Source: Octopus sinensis (taxonomy: Eukaryota). Taken from it: a stretch of 64,000 nt of DNA. Under the pieces are notes generated by a model. The model was given only the letters and a program-made list of their open reading frames with translations. It was not told the DNA's origin and did not search any database. Location: contig NC_043009.1 in assembly GCF_006345805.1 (NCBI RefSeq), positions 10,912,001 to 10,976,000 on the forward strand, given 5' to 3'. Each line of letters opens with the position of its first letter. The stretch's first letter is position 1. The position numbers and the translations under genes are program-made. Of the stretch, positions 25,672 through 37,467 are shown piece after piece.

Positions 25672-26596
25672 GGACCAATAGCAATTAGGTACGTCTTGGA
25701 AAAGATTCAAGCAAGCATTCAACTTAAATAAATGCATTGTGTGAATGCATTGACAACGCCCAATAGGACCTTGTATTGTTGCTTTCTGGAACGTGCCTAT
25801 GCCTCATCTAATACATAAATTGTTGATATTTGTATTGGAATGTGTACGTATCACTAAACTTGTAAGAATTATAAGATATTAGACACGTTTCTCGATTTCC
25901 ACTTTGTCTTTTATTCAATAGCAAAGTCGTGAAATTCCTTAGCATTTCTCATCACTTCTTCGCAACATTATAGTCGTTCGATATTGCAATTGTTATTTTT
26001 GTCATGTATAACGATGTCAAGTTTATTATGTACTATCATGTCCGTATCTATGGTGAAGTACCTTTAAATCTTTAAATTATTATTTTCTACGATCGATAAA
26101 GGTTTATATGAGTAATGTCAATCCGGTGTCTATGCGTATACGGAACAGTTTTGATCCGTTTTTATGTCTTCAAGTGCAGTTATTCGGAAGTGGTCTCGGA
26201 CACTATGATATTACATAAGATTACATACCATATAAGCGCCATGCGGTCTATAGGAAGTTTGGGATTTTTATTTTTTCGAAATGTTATTTATTATTTTTGG
26301 AGAATTTTGATTTTGCAGAGTTACAAAGGTAGCTTTCGTCACTTCATAATCGTAGAAGTTTTGTGAGTTATAAAGATATAGTGTTTGTTGATGAATACTT
26401 AAACTGATCGTCGACGTAAAATATTCTGTTATAATATTTTCTTTTGACATGTATAATGTGGATTGATATGAACTATTTACTGGCCCCGCGAAGCTCCTTT
26501 ATGCCAAGGGTAGTAAAAATCAATGTTAGCGGTACGAAGATGGTGAAAACATTTGCTGAACTCTATTCCTTTGAATCTGTGTGATTAAATGTGAGT

Positions 26597-27053
26597 TGAT
26601 ATTCTTTCTAATTTGGGTACAAGGCTAGCAATCTTAGGTGAGGGGGTTTAGTCTATTATATCAACCCCACTGCTCAACTGGTACTTCTTTTTTTTTCAAC
26701 CCTGAAAAGGTACATGGCACAGTCAATCTCGGTGGAATTTGAATTAAGAATGTAAAGAATCGCAGGAAATACTGTTAAGCATATTGTCAAACACGTCAAC
26801 GAATCTGACAACTCATTGCCTTTTTTACGTGAAATAATATTCTTTTCTGCTATGTGCACAAGGTCTGAAAATTGGAGTCAAGGTAACAGTCAATTACGGC
26901 GACGTCAGAACTCAACTGGTATTTATTTCATGGACTCTGAAAGAATGAAAAGTAATATCAAACTCGGTGTCATTTGAACTGAGTATGTAAAAAGCAGGAA
27001 TAAATACCACTATGCATATTTCTCGATGTAGTAACGATTATGTTAGCTCATCA
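26597..27053 (-). mobile_element. Two tandem diverged family C-like SINEs
   Basis: Both units carry AACTGGTA..TT..ATCGAC/ATGGAC..TGAAA and GAATTTGAA-like motifs in reverse. Confidence 0.6.
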
Positions 27054-27599
27054 CTTTCAAATGAGTATTAATAAAAACAAAAATGCATAATTTCCATATC
27101 CCCTTATGTAGGTCTTAATTTTGGCTCATAGGAAATAACCTATTATACAATAGCAGTGGAAAAGTGGAGATCCGTCGTGATTATAAATCTTTATTTAGTC
27201 AACACCATATGCCACAAAAAAAATAGATTCTACTGCTTCTTTTTTTCTGATGTCAATTTGGAAAACAAACACCTCGGCAAATGGAATCACATTTATATTT
27301 TGGCATGAAAATCTTGTAAGGAAAGTTAATATTCACTTATATAATTTATTACGAAGAAGAAGACTTTATTCTGTTTGCTAGAGAAAATATTTGTTCAATC
27401 GTGTCTGATATACTTAGAATTACCAGTAAAATTTGGTTATTTAATAAATAATCTTTGATAATTTGTCTCTTAACATCAGCTATTTTAAAATTCACATGGT
27501 TCACAAAGTCAGCTCCCCTCCACCCCCCAACCAAAAAAATGCACCGAGTTCTATCTCATAGCAACTTCAAATGTCAGATGTCGGTTATCAAATCGTTTA

Positions 27600-28700
27600 T
27601 GTGAACGACGTCGGCATATTTTTCTCTTGATAAAATTGATTTCTAATTAGCTGTTCCTCTTCGTGATCGGTATTTAAACAATGACGCCAGCATTGTTGCT
27701 TGCCTGATAAAAGCGATGTTTGATTGAAGGGATTATTGCATTTATGACCTCAAAATGCACCACAATCTTCACTTAATTTTTCTGGAGGTCTTTCATTTCC
27801 ATAGTATTTCGAAATAATGAGGGGAAATAATGAGCATTTTCTTTCACAAAATATCACCGTAGAGGGTATCAAAAGAATTTTTATTCCTCATATCATTCAA
27901 AACTCGAGCAATTTCAGCCACCATCTGTATATCCTCTACCAACATTCTAGCTACATGTATTTCAGCCTAGTATCAAAACATGTAGCGCTGAACTTCAGTA
28001 TCCAGTTGTGACGGTGCATATTATTATTCTTTTCATATGAATAGAATTAAACCACTCTCAAGAATATGCCGGAACCAAACAGCTCATACTGTCCATCAAA
28101 ATTATACTAAAAATTAAGATATCTCCAGGAATCAATTTACATTAAGAATTTCCTTTTTGCTTTCAACTCACCAAATTAATTATATCTCTATGTTAATACC
28201 TGATTAGAGTAACAATCTCCTCGCTATTTATCACCGTATCTAAATTCTTATATTACATCGTGCATTCCTTTATATTCACAATGTCCTTGAATGCGTTTGA
28301 CAAAGTGTTTATAATGCCTTCTTTTAAAGTTCTTCTAAAGTCTTAACCACTTCATATGTTTCCCGAACGTGTTGCTTACATTGTCAAAATGCATTCATAT
28401 ACGGTACGGTTGGATTTTTGTGGTGCATCTATGACGAGTGAAAATATTGCTGAGGATGTTATGCCTTTATGTCTGGCGCGCAAAAGAATCTCGGCCTTAT
28501 AGCAATACATTAGCATTAGTAGCCAAGTGTTTGTCGACCTAATGTTTGATGGACAGATATGTACTTCTGCAATGATTGCAAATGGTTTTATGCCTATTTT
28601 ACCAAGTGAATCTCTGATAACGGAATGACGCACTTTAGAATAGGGTTCTTTAAATATGTTGCAACTTGCGTATATTGCTATATGAGTTTCCTTAATTGAT
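27600..28700 (+). pseudogene. Very old LINE (RTE-like) relic
   Basis: SLNAFDKV at 28284-28307 followed by FPERVAYIV; otherwise heavily degraded. Confidence 0.3.
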
Positions 28701-28757
28701 ATTCTCTATACCATCAGCATCATGTTTCTTTCACAGTCTTATTATTCTAATCTTATG

Positions 28758-29019
28758 CTTGTTTCAGTCATTTAACTGTGGCCATGCTGGAGCACCGCTT
28801 TTAGTCGAGCAAATCGACCCCAGGACTTATTCTTTGTAAGCCTAGTACTTATTCTATTGGTCTCTTTTGCCGAACCGCTAAGTTACGGGGACATTAGCAC
28901 ACCAGCATCAGTTGTCAAGGGATGTTAGGAGACAAACACAGACACACAAACATATATATATATATACATACGTTCAAACATACATATATACATACATATA
29001 TACATACATACATACATAT

Positions 29020-29066
<47 letters not shown>

Positions 29067-29247
29067 CATACATACATACATATACATATACGACGGGCTT
29101 CTTTCAGTTTCCGTCAACCAAATCCACTCACAAGGCTTTGGTCGGCCCGAGACTATACTAGAAGACACTTGCGTAAGGTGCCAAGCAGTGAGACTGAACC
29201 CAGGACCATGTGGTTGGTAAGCAAGCTACTTACCACACAGCCACTCA
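28758..29247 (-). mobile_element. SINE family B, near full length, with expanded internal microsatellite
   Basis: tRNA-like head (reverse complement GGCTGTGTGGTAAG..GGTTCAGTC) plus the shared body. Confidence 0.92.
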
Positions 29248-30248
29248 TGGTTCTTTAATATTTTCTTTCATGGTTAGTCGCTGCAGGCAGTGCAAGTGCA
29301 GATACTGAATCATTTTATATCGTGCATTTGCGATTTGTTTGCCTATGTTTTCCTCCAGTTCCCTAATGTTATTAAATTTAAGAACATCACCTCCAGTATC
29401 AATATAGCTGTACGGTGATATTCAGAATCATTCAACCGTCTAAAATGGCGTTTTATGTCTTTGCTTTTTAGGGAAAAAAATCTACGTTAGTTTAGTCATA
29501 AATTAAATGAGAAGCAGTGACTGAAACGAAGTTGATTGAGAAGCATGTTCCCTGTTGCCAATGATCCAACCAGGAAAATTGTAATTTACCGGTGATTTTT
29601 TTAAGTTGTAAGAGGCATTTGGTTGAGGTGCTTCGTTGGTTGCATGTGCTGATATTGACCGAGGCAAGAAAACTGAAGCTACAACAAAAGAATCGAGTCT
29701 GTCGTTGCATTTGGAGCCATACAATACAGTTTAATTTGATTACAGATGATGGTTAGTTTTCGTGAACAAAAAGTAGCATCATTTGCTACTTAGTTTTCAT
29801 GTACCGAGAGTTTTCAATAATCTTTTTCAATAAACGTTTAAAAAACCAAAAAGATGATTTTCCAAGCAGAATTCGACACTCATAATAAGAGAACGTGAAA
29901 GAGAGAAATAGAGTGAATGTGGTTGATATACAACCGTGGGACTTTAAAAAATATCTAATAGTAAAAGATACAAGGAAGTAACTACGTAAAGCACGTATTA
30001 CCCCTCATATCGACTCGAAATATATTCTTTCTCTATTGAGGTATAGCCACGTATGTAAATACCTATGGATACGTGTTTCATCAGCTTCCAGCCGATAAAT
30101 TTACTATCATCTATGAAATTGAAGTCGATAGTATGGGAGAATAAAGGAAAGAAATTCGTGTCAGATTGGGACTTGATAGAGAAAAAGAAACAGACGTACA
30201 CGCGGGTAGAAAAGGTTTTCTTTTCTCAAATTATACGAATGTGTATGC

Positions 30249-30280
<32 letters not shown>

Positions 30281-30294
30281 CAAGGAAGTAACCG

Positions 30295-30537
30295 GCGACT
30301 TGGAAGTAAAGCCTGTCTTTGAACTTTATAATTGAAAAGTCTGTGAATTTTAAATTTCCCGGGGCATACATTTACTGTGCTACAACTAATGCTCTCCATA
30401 ATTGGAGATAATGTATAGGGTTCCTATTTTGAAACACATTGGTATAAAAAGGCAAGTAATTATAACACTAAAATTTTTAAAATGTCACCTCATGTTAGTT
30501 TTATCATAAAGCTTCCGTTAACTGTGTTCCAAGTCGC
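30295..30537. mobile_element. Possible MITE relic
   Basis: 11-bp inverted repeat GCGACTTGGAA / TTCCAAGTCGC; no clear TSD. Confidence 0.35.
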
Positions 30538-30739
30538 TTGCTTATTTAATGAAGGTGGGAAACGAGAATTCATGTACATCGATAATTTTTTTCTATTCGC
30601 AATGTTGGTATTGGATTAATCTATTTAAAGAAAAGCTTTAAGCAGAACAGTTTTTCGCAGCGATATTAGATATCGAATTTAATTATATTAATCTCGTAAA
30701 TTAAAGATTTTAATCCGTTGAGACCTATATTAACCTACT

Positions 30740-31054
30740 GGTTTCACATTTTGGCACAAGGCCAGCAATTTCGGGAAGGGTATAAGTCGATTACATCGAC
30801 ACCAGTGCTCAAGGTGTACTTCTTTTATTGACTCCTAAAATAAGAAGGGCAAAGTCGACCTTGGTGGAATTTGAATTATTTATTTATTTACTGCCCACAA
30901 GGGGCTAAACATAGAGGGGACAAACAAGGACAGACAAACGGATTAAGTCGACTCCAGTGCGAAACTGGTACTTTATTTATCGACCCCGAAAGGATGAAAG
31001 GCAAAGTCGACCTCAGCGGAATTTGAACTCAGAACGTAACGACAGACGAAATAG
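30740..31054 (-). mobile_element. Two tandem family C SINEs
   Basis: AAAGTCGACCT..GGAATTTGAA occurs twice; the second unit matches the 9771 body. Confidence 0.85.
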
Positions 31055-31390
31055 CAACTTATATTAATATATTAAACCTATATACGAACATTTAAATGTT
31101 TGATGTCGAAGTGAGTGTAGATTACCCAGGTGGATGATAATACAATTTTTTTTTTATCTGCAACTGAAACAGTCAGCTTGTCATATTCTCATTTCAGTTG
31201 ATTCTTTAACAGAAAAATATACTTGCTGAACGATGTAGACGTGTGGAAATGAATCATTTGTAGTTTAGATGTGAAACAAGTCATATATCCCATACACATG
31301 CAGTAGGAAACTAGAGGTTACTCACAAACATATAATTTTCCAAAATTCAAATTGTATTCTACGTGTTATTCTGTGTGACTATATTTTGTA

Positions 31391-31567
31391 TTATGCTTAA
31401 CGGTATTTCGCCTATCTGTACGTTCTAAGTTCAAATATCGGAGGTGTCGACCTTGGTTTTCATCTTTTCGGGGTCGATAACATGAGTACCAGTTGAATAC
31501 TGAGGTCGATGTAATCGACTTCACCCTCCCACGAAATTCCAGGCCTTATGCCTATAGTAGAAAGGAT
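31391..31567 (+). mobile_element. Family C-like SINE interrupted at its tail by a MITE
   Basis: GTCGACCTTGGTTTTCATCTTTTCGGGGTCGATAA..GTCGATGTAATCGACT; the tail resumes at 31989. Confidence 0.8.
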
Positions 31568-31988
31568 GGATCTTTTCGGTTTGAACGGCAGTTTTTAACA
31601 TAATTTTTAGGTAACTAAATACTTTTAAACTACGTATACTGGTAGAATGTGTTTATAAAACATCTTTTTCTTTTTTTATTGAGAAAATTCTATAGTTTGT
31701 AATATATTTGTTGTTTTTTTCTTCAATTTCTGCAATTTTAACCAATCACTGACGTCCATTGAGGTAAAAAACATTCTGTGCCGTATGAATATGTCCCTCG
31801 TTTAAGAAACATTGGGTTTATTTACATTTGTGAAGAAAAAAAGATACCCTTCCCCCCACCCCTAACCCTAACTAAGCCTAACCCTAAAACAGATTGAAAT
31901 GCAATAGATGGATACTAGTGTCATAATTATAGGTGACAATTTCATATGACACCGCTAGAAAAAACTGCCATTCAAACCGAAAAGTTCC
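31568..31988. mobile_element. 421-bp MITE with 29-bp TIRs, 8-bp TSD and internal CCCTAA repeats (Merlin- or hAT-like)
   Basis: GGATCTTTTCGGTTTGAACGGCAGTTTTT / AAAAACTGCCATTCAAACCGAAAAGTTCC; TSD GAAAGGAT at 31560-31567 and 31989-31996. Confidence 0.88.
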
Positions 31989-32018
31989 GAAAGGATTATT
32001 ATAAATTCACTTCAAGAT

Positions 32019-32450
32019 GGCGAGTAGGCAGAATCGTTAGCACGCCAGGCAAGATGGTTTGCGGCATTTGTTCTATCTTTCCATTCTAAATTCAAAGGTC
32101 ACCGGTGTTAAGCTTATCTTTAATATTTTCGGAGTCGACAAAATAAGTATCGGTTGAGCAGTGGAAGAGGGTGAGGGTTGATCTGATTAACTTATCCACT
32201 TCCCAGCTACTGCTGGCCTTGTGCCCAAATGTGAAACCATCATTGTAAATTCACTGTGATTGAAGATGAGTTGGCAGAACCGACAACTTAGCGACATTTC
32301 GTCGAACGTTACGTCTTGACTTCAAATGGCGCACAGGTCGAATTTGCCCTTCATCTTTTCGAGTACTTGTTAAGTTCTGCGGTCAACGTAATCAGCTTTC
32401 CCTTTCCTTCAACAACTTCTGGCCCTATGCCAAAATTTGAAACCGTTATT
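32019..32450 (+). mobile_element. Two tandem diverged family C-like SINEs
   Basis: Heads GGCGAGTAGGCAGAATCGTTAGCACG and GATGAGTTGGCAGAACC. Confidence 0.7.
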
Positions 32451-32670
32451 AACAATTCACTTTAAATTATGAAATAATTTTCACAAATAATATATTTAGA
32501 TTTGACAAGGTTAATTGACGAATATAAATATATTAGTAATTCCCATTAGAAATAACAATTAACAATTTATAAAATAAGCAAATTAGCTGCTTAATAAATC
32601 AATAGATTGCAAAGAATCTAATGGATTCCTACGCCGGTAAAAATTAGTCTTTATATAAATGTATGAAATG

Positions 32671-32875
32671 GAGGGCGAAATGCGTAGCCGTATTTCGTCT
32701 GCCGCTACGTTCTGAGTTCAAATTCCGCCGAGGTCGACTTTGCCTTTCATCCTTTCAGGGTCGATAAATTAAGTACCAGTTACGAACTGGGGTCGATGTA
32801 ATCGACTTAATCCGTTTGTCTGTCCTTGTTTGTCCCCTCTATGTTTAGCCCCTTGTGGGTAGTAAAAAAATATAA
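32671..32875 (+). mobile_element. Family C SINE, 5'-truncated, 14-bp TSD
   Basis: AAATGTATGAAATG at 32657-32670 and 32876-32889. Confidence 0.93.
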
Positions 32876-33430
32876 AAATGTATGAAATGTCATCTTACTT
32901 GTCTTCTTCTCAGAAGACTAGACTACACAGTTACATCACTTACATGCATCTATTGAAAATAGGTGTGTATGTGCCACTGTATTTCTTGTAGCCACAGCCA
33001 TGAGAACGTATATAATTGGTTTGAAAGATATTTACCTGTCTTTCATCATTATTCACATACAAACTTTTACAGTCAAACATAATCACGTCATATACATATA
33101 TATAATAATGTATAGACCTAAAGAGAACAGTGTAACAGGAAAAAATGCATAGAGGAGCAAATAATACACACACACACACACACATATATACACAAAATAT
33201 GGGGTTTTAGTTCACAGGTGATATAAAGGACTAGGTACGCTGGGTAAGTGCTGCAACAGATTGCCAGGGCTCCAAGGTAATAGCCGAGACGGGAGTTATG
33301 GACCCATTGTAGATTTCCGGTATAGCGGATATATAATTGCGAACGAAGACAACAAACACTAAGGTAAGACAAAAACCTCAAGTCACATACGTTGTTATCA
33401 TTGGAGAAATTTCACTTTCTACACGTTTAC

Positions 33431-33469
33431 CTCATTCAGCTGTTTCTGGGATATTCCGTCATCGGAGGC
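33431..33469 (-). ncRNA. Degenerate hammerhead (U4 changed to C)
   Basis: Reverse complement: GCCT CCGATGA CGGAATATCCCA GAAACAGCTGAA. Confidence 0.5.
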
Positions 33470-33964
33470 AAATAGGGAAATGTGATTGAGAAAACGATGA
33501 CATAGAGGATAGGAGAAAAGGAGTAAAGAAATGAAGAAAAAGAAGAAAAAAGAAGCGTAAAAGTTCACAGTTCAGCTTTTCGATAGTGTAGATGTTAGTC
33601 CATAAGTCCTTAGGTGCAATCCTGTGTAAATCCATGTATAATTATAGCCTTAATAGTGCAAATATCCAAAGATAAATGCGAACGTGTCGAAGTTTGGTAA
33701 GAGAATGATAGCGGAGGTCGCTATTAAGGTATAAAAAGAAAGAAAAATAAACAGAAAGAGAGGAAAGTATTAGCAAGGAATCAGGAACTACAGAAAGTGG
33801 AGAAGGAGGCAAGAATTGGTATGTCAGATAAGATAAAATAAGGGATATAGAAATATAATGTACAAAGATAAACAAGAAGATAAATAAATAAATAAATATA
33901 TAAGGGTAAATAAGGAGAAAGGAGGAGGAGGTAAAGGAAGATAAAGTTAAAAAATAAAGTTTAA

Positions 33965-34015
33965 TTTGTCAAAATATTTTCGTCGCTTTTAGACCGCGAC
34001 CTGTTCACTGACAAA
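33965..34015 (-). ncRNA. Hammerhead-like motif with G3-C8 core (inverted arm)
   Basis: Reverse complement: TTTGTCA GTGAACA G GTCGC ggtctaaaa GCGAC GAA AATATT T TGACAAA. Confidence 0.65.
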
Positions 34016-34041
34016 AATCCGTGCTGCATCCAGCACGGATT

Positions 34042-34092
34042 TTTGTCAGTGAACAAGTCGCGGTCTTAAAGCGACGAAAATATTTTGACAAA
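34042..34092 (+). ncRNA. Hammerhead-like motif with G3-C8 core (sense arm)
   Basis: TTTGTCA GTGAACA A GTCGC ggtcttaaa GCGAC GAA AATATT T TGACAAA; 7-bp stem I, 5-bp stem II, palindromic stem III. Confidence 0.7.
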
Positions 34093-34527
34093 TTAAACTT
34101 AAATGTTGAAGTAAATCGGACGGCTTTTTTGTGTTTCTTAAATGGCTTACAAACACCTTCCACGCTGTAATTGTTTACGTTTCAGCACACGATCTCAGAT
34201 TAAATCACTTGCTATGCAAGTACATCTCCGTAAAAAGTTAAAAAATACAAAATACATTAAAAATGGAATGGATTCAAAGAGAATAGTAGGCACCAGTGCC
34301 ATCCTTCTAGTTTCCCAACAGCTATAGACTAGAAGAATAGCACTGGCAACTACTATTCTCTTAGAATCCCTTCCATTTTTAATGTATTTTGTATCTTCCT
34401 TTACCTCCTCCTCTCTCCTTATTTACCCATATATATATATATTTATTTATCTTTATGTTTATCTTTATTCCTTTTCTCCTGTCCTTTCCATCGTTTTGTT
34501 AATAATACCCTTCATACTCCCCTATTT

Positions 34528-34566
34528 GTCTCTGATGATGGAATATTCCAGAAACAGCTGTAAGAC
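34528..34566 (+). ncRNA. Canonical minimal type I hammerhead
   Basis: GTCT CTGATGA TGGAA ta TTCCA GAA ACAGCTGT A AGAC; all core bases intact, GUA triplet. Confidence 0.85.
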
Positions 34567-34645
34567 TTTAAACCTTTCCAGTGATAATAACGTTTATAAC
34601 TTGAGATGTTTTTCTTGCCTTAGTGTTTGTTATCCACTTAAGTAG

Positions 34646-34646
<1 letters not shown>

Positions 34647-34702
<56 letters not shown>

Positions 34703-34725
34703 CTATATATAATATAGTATATGTA

Positions 34726-34777
<52 letters not shown>

Positions 34778-34829
34778 ACATATATATATATATATATATA
34801 TAGATATGTATAATTATCTATATATATAT

Positions 34830-34867
<38 letters not shown>

Positions 34868-34890
34868 TTATATATATATATATATATATC
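34647..34890 (+). repeat. Long interrupted (TA)n array
   Basis: Direct reading. Confidence 0.95.
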
Positions 34891-34917
34891 CATCATAAAT
34901 ACATACAGACAGACATA

Positions 34918-35763
34918 TTAGGGAGTTCCCCAAAGGAATATTATTATTTGCAATATTATTCTATTCACTCAGGTTTACATGTTTACACTTTCATCGCCTT
35001 CAAAGTGTTATCCATTTGAAGCAATGTTGTCGGGCGAGACGCGTCTCCCACTGCTCGAAACAGTCCTTGAATTATTGCGAAGCGATGCTCTTAATGCTTC
35101 TCTCGTTGTTTTCTTTTCCTCTTCTACATCTGCAAAACTTTTCCTTTAAGGGGGAAAAAAAGTCGCTGGGGGCGAGATCAACTTCCAACTTTTCTTTCAG
35201 TTCACGACAAGCATTCGATCGTGACTGTCTTTGATCTTCCGTAAGAAAGCAAAGCGTAAATTTTGCTGCAACTTCTTTCATTCGGAATCCTTCGCTCAAA
35301 ATTTGTTTACAGGAACTCCAGGACACCCAAGTCATACCAACAAGTTCATCAACTGTTCGGCGACGGTCCTCCAAGTTCAGTAGATGAATTTATGCGATGT
35401 TTTCATTCGTTCGGTAGGTCAACGGTCGCCCTGAACGAGGTTGGTCTTCAAGCGAAAAAATACACGTAAACTTGTGTTTTGCTCATAGCAGCGTTCTTGT
35501 AAGCTGTTTGAAGTATGACAACCGTTTTACCCCTCAGGAAACAGTTCCTTCGTTTCAGCCATCGGAAAAATCAACGAACAGGAGAGAAGCACTGCAAAAC
35601 AAAGACTACCAGTGGCATTTCGTTGTGAAAAAAAGACGCCGGTCAGCAAGCTAATTGCTTAAGGTGTCTAAGGATTGCATCAAATCGCTTCTAACGGCGG
35701 GAGCCTGAACTGCGACGGGCTTGTCCTACACAGAACATTTCTGGTTACTTTGGGTACCTCCTC

Positions 35764-35764
<1 letters not shown>
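34918..35764 (-). mobile_element. Internally deleted mariner relic
   Basis: DRRRTVDEL..ILSEGFRMKEVAAKF..LTEDQRQSR and FKDCFEQW; TA-flanked ends with weakly similar TIRs. Confidence 0.85.
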
Positions 35765-35797
<33 letters not shown>

Positions 35798-35799
<2 letters not shown>

Positions 35800-36002
35800 A
35801 CCGCGTGTGTATGGTGGGCGATTTTTTTTCCTCCGTCTTCCCTTCCTTGGATCTTTCCTTTTCCTATGTTTCTGACGAAGAGCTCTGCTCGAAACGTTAA
35901 ATCCTCTTCTTTCCTTCCTTTCCTGAGCGTCCATTAACACGATACTTGTTCCACGTCCTCGCGTTGTTGTGTTTTCTCTTTGTGTTTTCATGTTTGGATA
36001 AC
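35798..36002 (+). mobile_element. ~200-bp hammerhead-bearing repeat (sister of family D) between (TA)n tracts
   Basis: Contains the HHR at 35868-35902 with the same GAGC/GCTC stem II. Confidence 0.75.
35868..35902 (+). ncRNA. Minimal hammerhead, canonical core
   Basis: GTTT CTGACGA A GAGC tct GCTC GAA ACGT T AAAT; GUU triplet, short stem I. Confidence 0.7.
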
Positions 36003-36029
36003 TATATATATATATATATATTATATATA

Positions 36030-36069
<40 letters not shown>

Positions 36070-36760
36070 ATATATATATATATAATATATATAAACTTAT
36101 ATATATATATATAAACTTACTTGGAGGAAACGAAACATATATATATATATATATTGTTATATTTCCGAATGGTCATTTTGCCAGTTTAGCCAATAAAAAC
36201 ACACGCACTATATATTGTGGTGTAACTTTGCTTCAGTGTTATTTATTTTTTTATTAATCTTAATCTTATTTCGGCCAGAGTTCTTTCGTCACACTCCTGT
36301 GACCGCATCAGTGGCTCCTTGTTTTCTTCTTTCTTATTTGCGTATCTCCTTACTAACCGTCAGCCATTTTGTATTTCTATTGTATGTCTTCATTTGCGCA
36401 TGCTTATATCTCTATGTGCGTTTATGTTTATTTAGTGTGGGTATGTGAGGGATGCCTGTAATATTTGTATCTTCTGTTTATATATGTTCATGTAATTTGT
36501 AATTTTATATGTTCATATAATTTGTATGTTGTTTTTTGTTTTTGTTGTTTTTGTTTATTCTTATTTTGTTCATGTGTTTACATCCACCTATTATTATCAT
36601 TACATATGCTTGTATGTATGTATGTATGTATGTATAACAACAATACTAGTAATAATAATAATAAATTGAATCGAAAAAAAAAAATATATATACATATACA
36701 TATATATATATATATATAGTTATTTATTTCTATTAGTTTATTTATCTGTGTATTAGTAGA

Positions 36761-37156
36761 ACCCCTTGTACGGATAAGTACTGTACTGTATGTAGATTTA
36801 GCCCACAAACAAACTGTAAAGCCAGAAATGTAGTCTATAGTATAAGATGTATAGAGGGACGATGCAGTAACAAGACAACGACATACGGAAGGGAAACGGC
36901 AAGCAGCATAGGAAAGCGGGTAAATGAGCATTGGAGACAACTCAAGGAAGGTAAAAGCTCATCGATTCTGTACCAACACGCCGAACAAGAACACGGGGGA
37001 TCAATAAATAACATAGAAATTAAAATATTATCCACACATAGATCAGATGCAACAATTAGACAAATTACAGAAGCTACACACATAATAGAAAATAAACCTA
37101 GCCTGAATAGAAAACTAGAATGGAGCACTAATACACACCACAACATAGGACGATAG
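36761..37156 (+). pseudogene. PLE GIY-YIG endonuclease C-terminal fragment (131 codons, stop-free, no start)
   Basis: TPCTDKYCTVC..NCKARNVVYSIRC..TYGRETASSIGKRVNEH..HAEQEH..RQITEATHIIENKPSLNRKLEW. Confidence 0.9.
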
Positions 37157-37390
37157 AGGATCCTGAAAACATAATAAATACACAGATAAATAAACTAATA
37201 GAAATAAATAACTATATATATATTTTTTTTTTTTGATTCAATTTATTATTATTATTACTAGTATTGTTGTTATACATACATACATACATACAAGCATATG
37301 TAATGATAATAATAGGTGGATGTAAACACATGAACAAAATAAGAATAAACAAAAACAACAAAAACAAAAAACAACATACAAATTACATGA

Positions 37391-37467
37391 TACTTTGATA
37401 CTTTGATAGGTTTCGGCCATTATTGGCCCAGGCCATGTCTAACTTAATAGCACCACCTTAATAGCAC
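37391..37467 (-). mobile_element. 77-bp insertion with CATGA duplication inside the PLE right arm
   Basis: Absent from the left arm; CATGA at 37386-37390 and 37468-37472; first 59 nt identical to 41537-41595. Confidence 0.85.

Larger units (their letters stand above)
33957..34233 (+). mobile_element. Palindromic hammerhead-bearing element (70-bp inverted arm, CATC loop, ~200-bp sense arm) with 14-bp TSD
   Basis: AAAGTTAAAAAATA at 33943-33956 and 34234-34247; second copy at 45408-45764. Confidence 0.88.
33351..34631. mobile_element. Fold-back pair of hammerhead-bearing PLE-type terminal repeats (centre 34312-34327); left arm interrupted by a 277-bp insertion
   Basis: 33351-33520 and 33860-34311 are inverted relative to 34328-34631; HHRs at 33431-33469 (-) and 34528-34566 (+). 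Confidence 0.8.

Noticed and set aside
25258-25731. Poly-Ile/Tyr/Leu ORFs
   Set aside because: (TAT)n microsatellite artefacts.
29503-29724. 73-aa minus-strand ORF with natural-looking composition
   Set aside because: No domain signature and no convincing splice context; the nearby plus-strand acceptor at 29470 is followed by stops in all frames.
31860-31887. Telomere or chromosome-fusion remnant
   Set aside because: Only a few degenerate CCCTAA units, located inside a TIR- and TSD-bounded MITE.
34245-34394. Separate 68-bp-arm MITE
   Set aside because: It is the centre of the larger 33351-34631 fold-back once the 277-bp insertion is removed.
37391-37449. Micro-element read as a hammerhead (GGCC stem plus GAAAC)
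   Set aside because: No CUGANGA-like core and no stem I; treated as a LINE-type 3' end instead.
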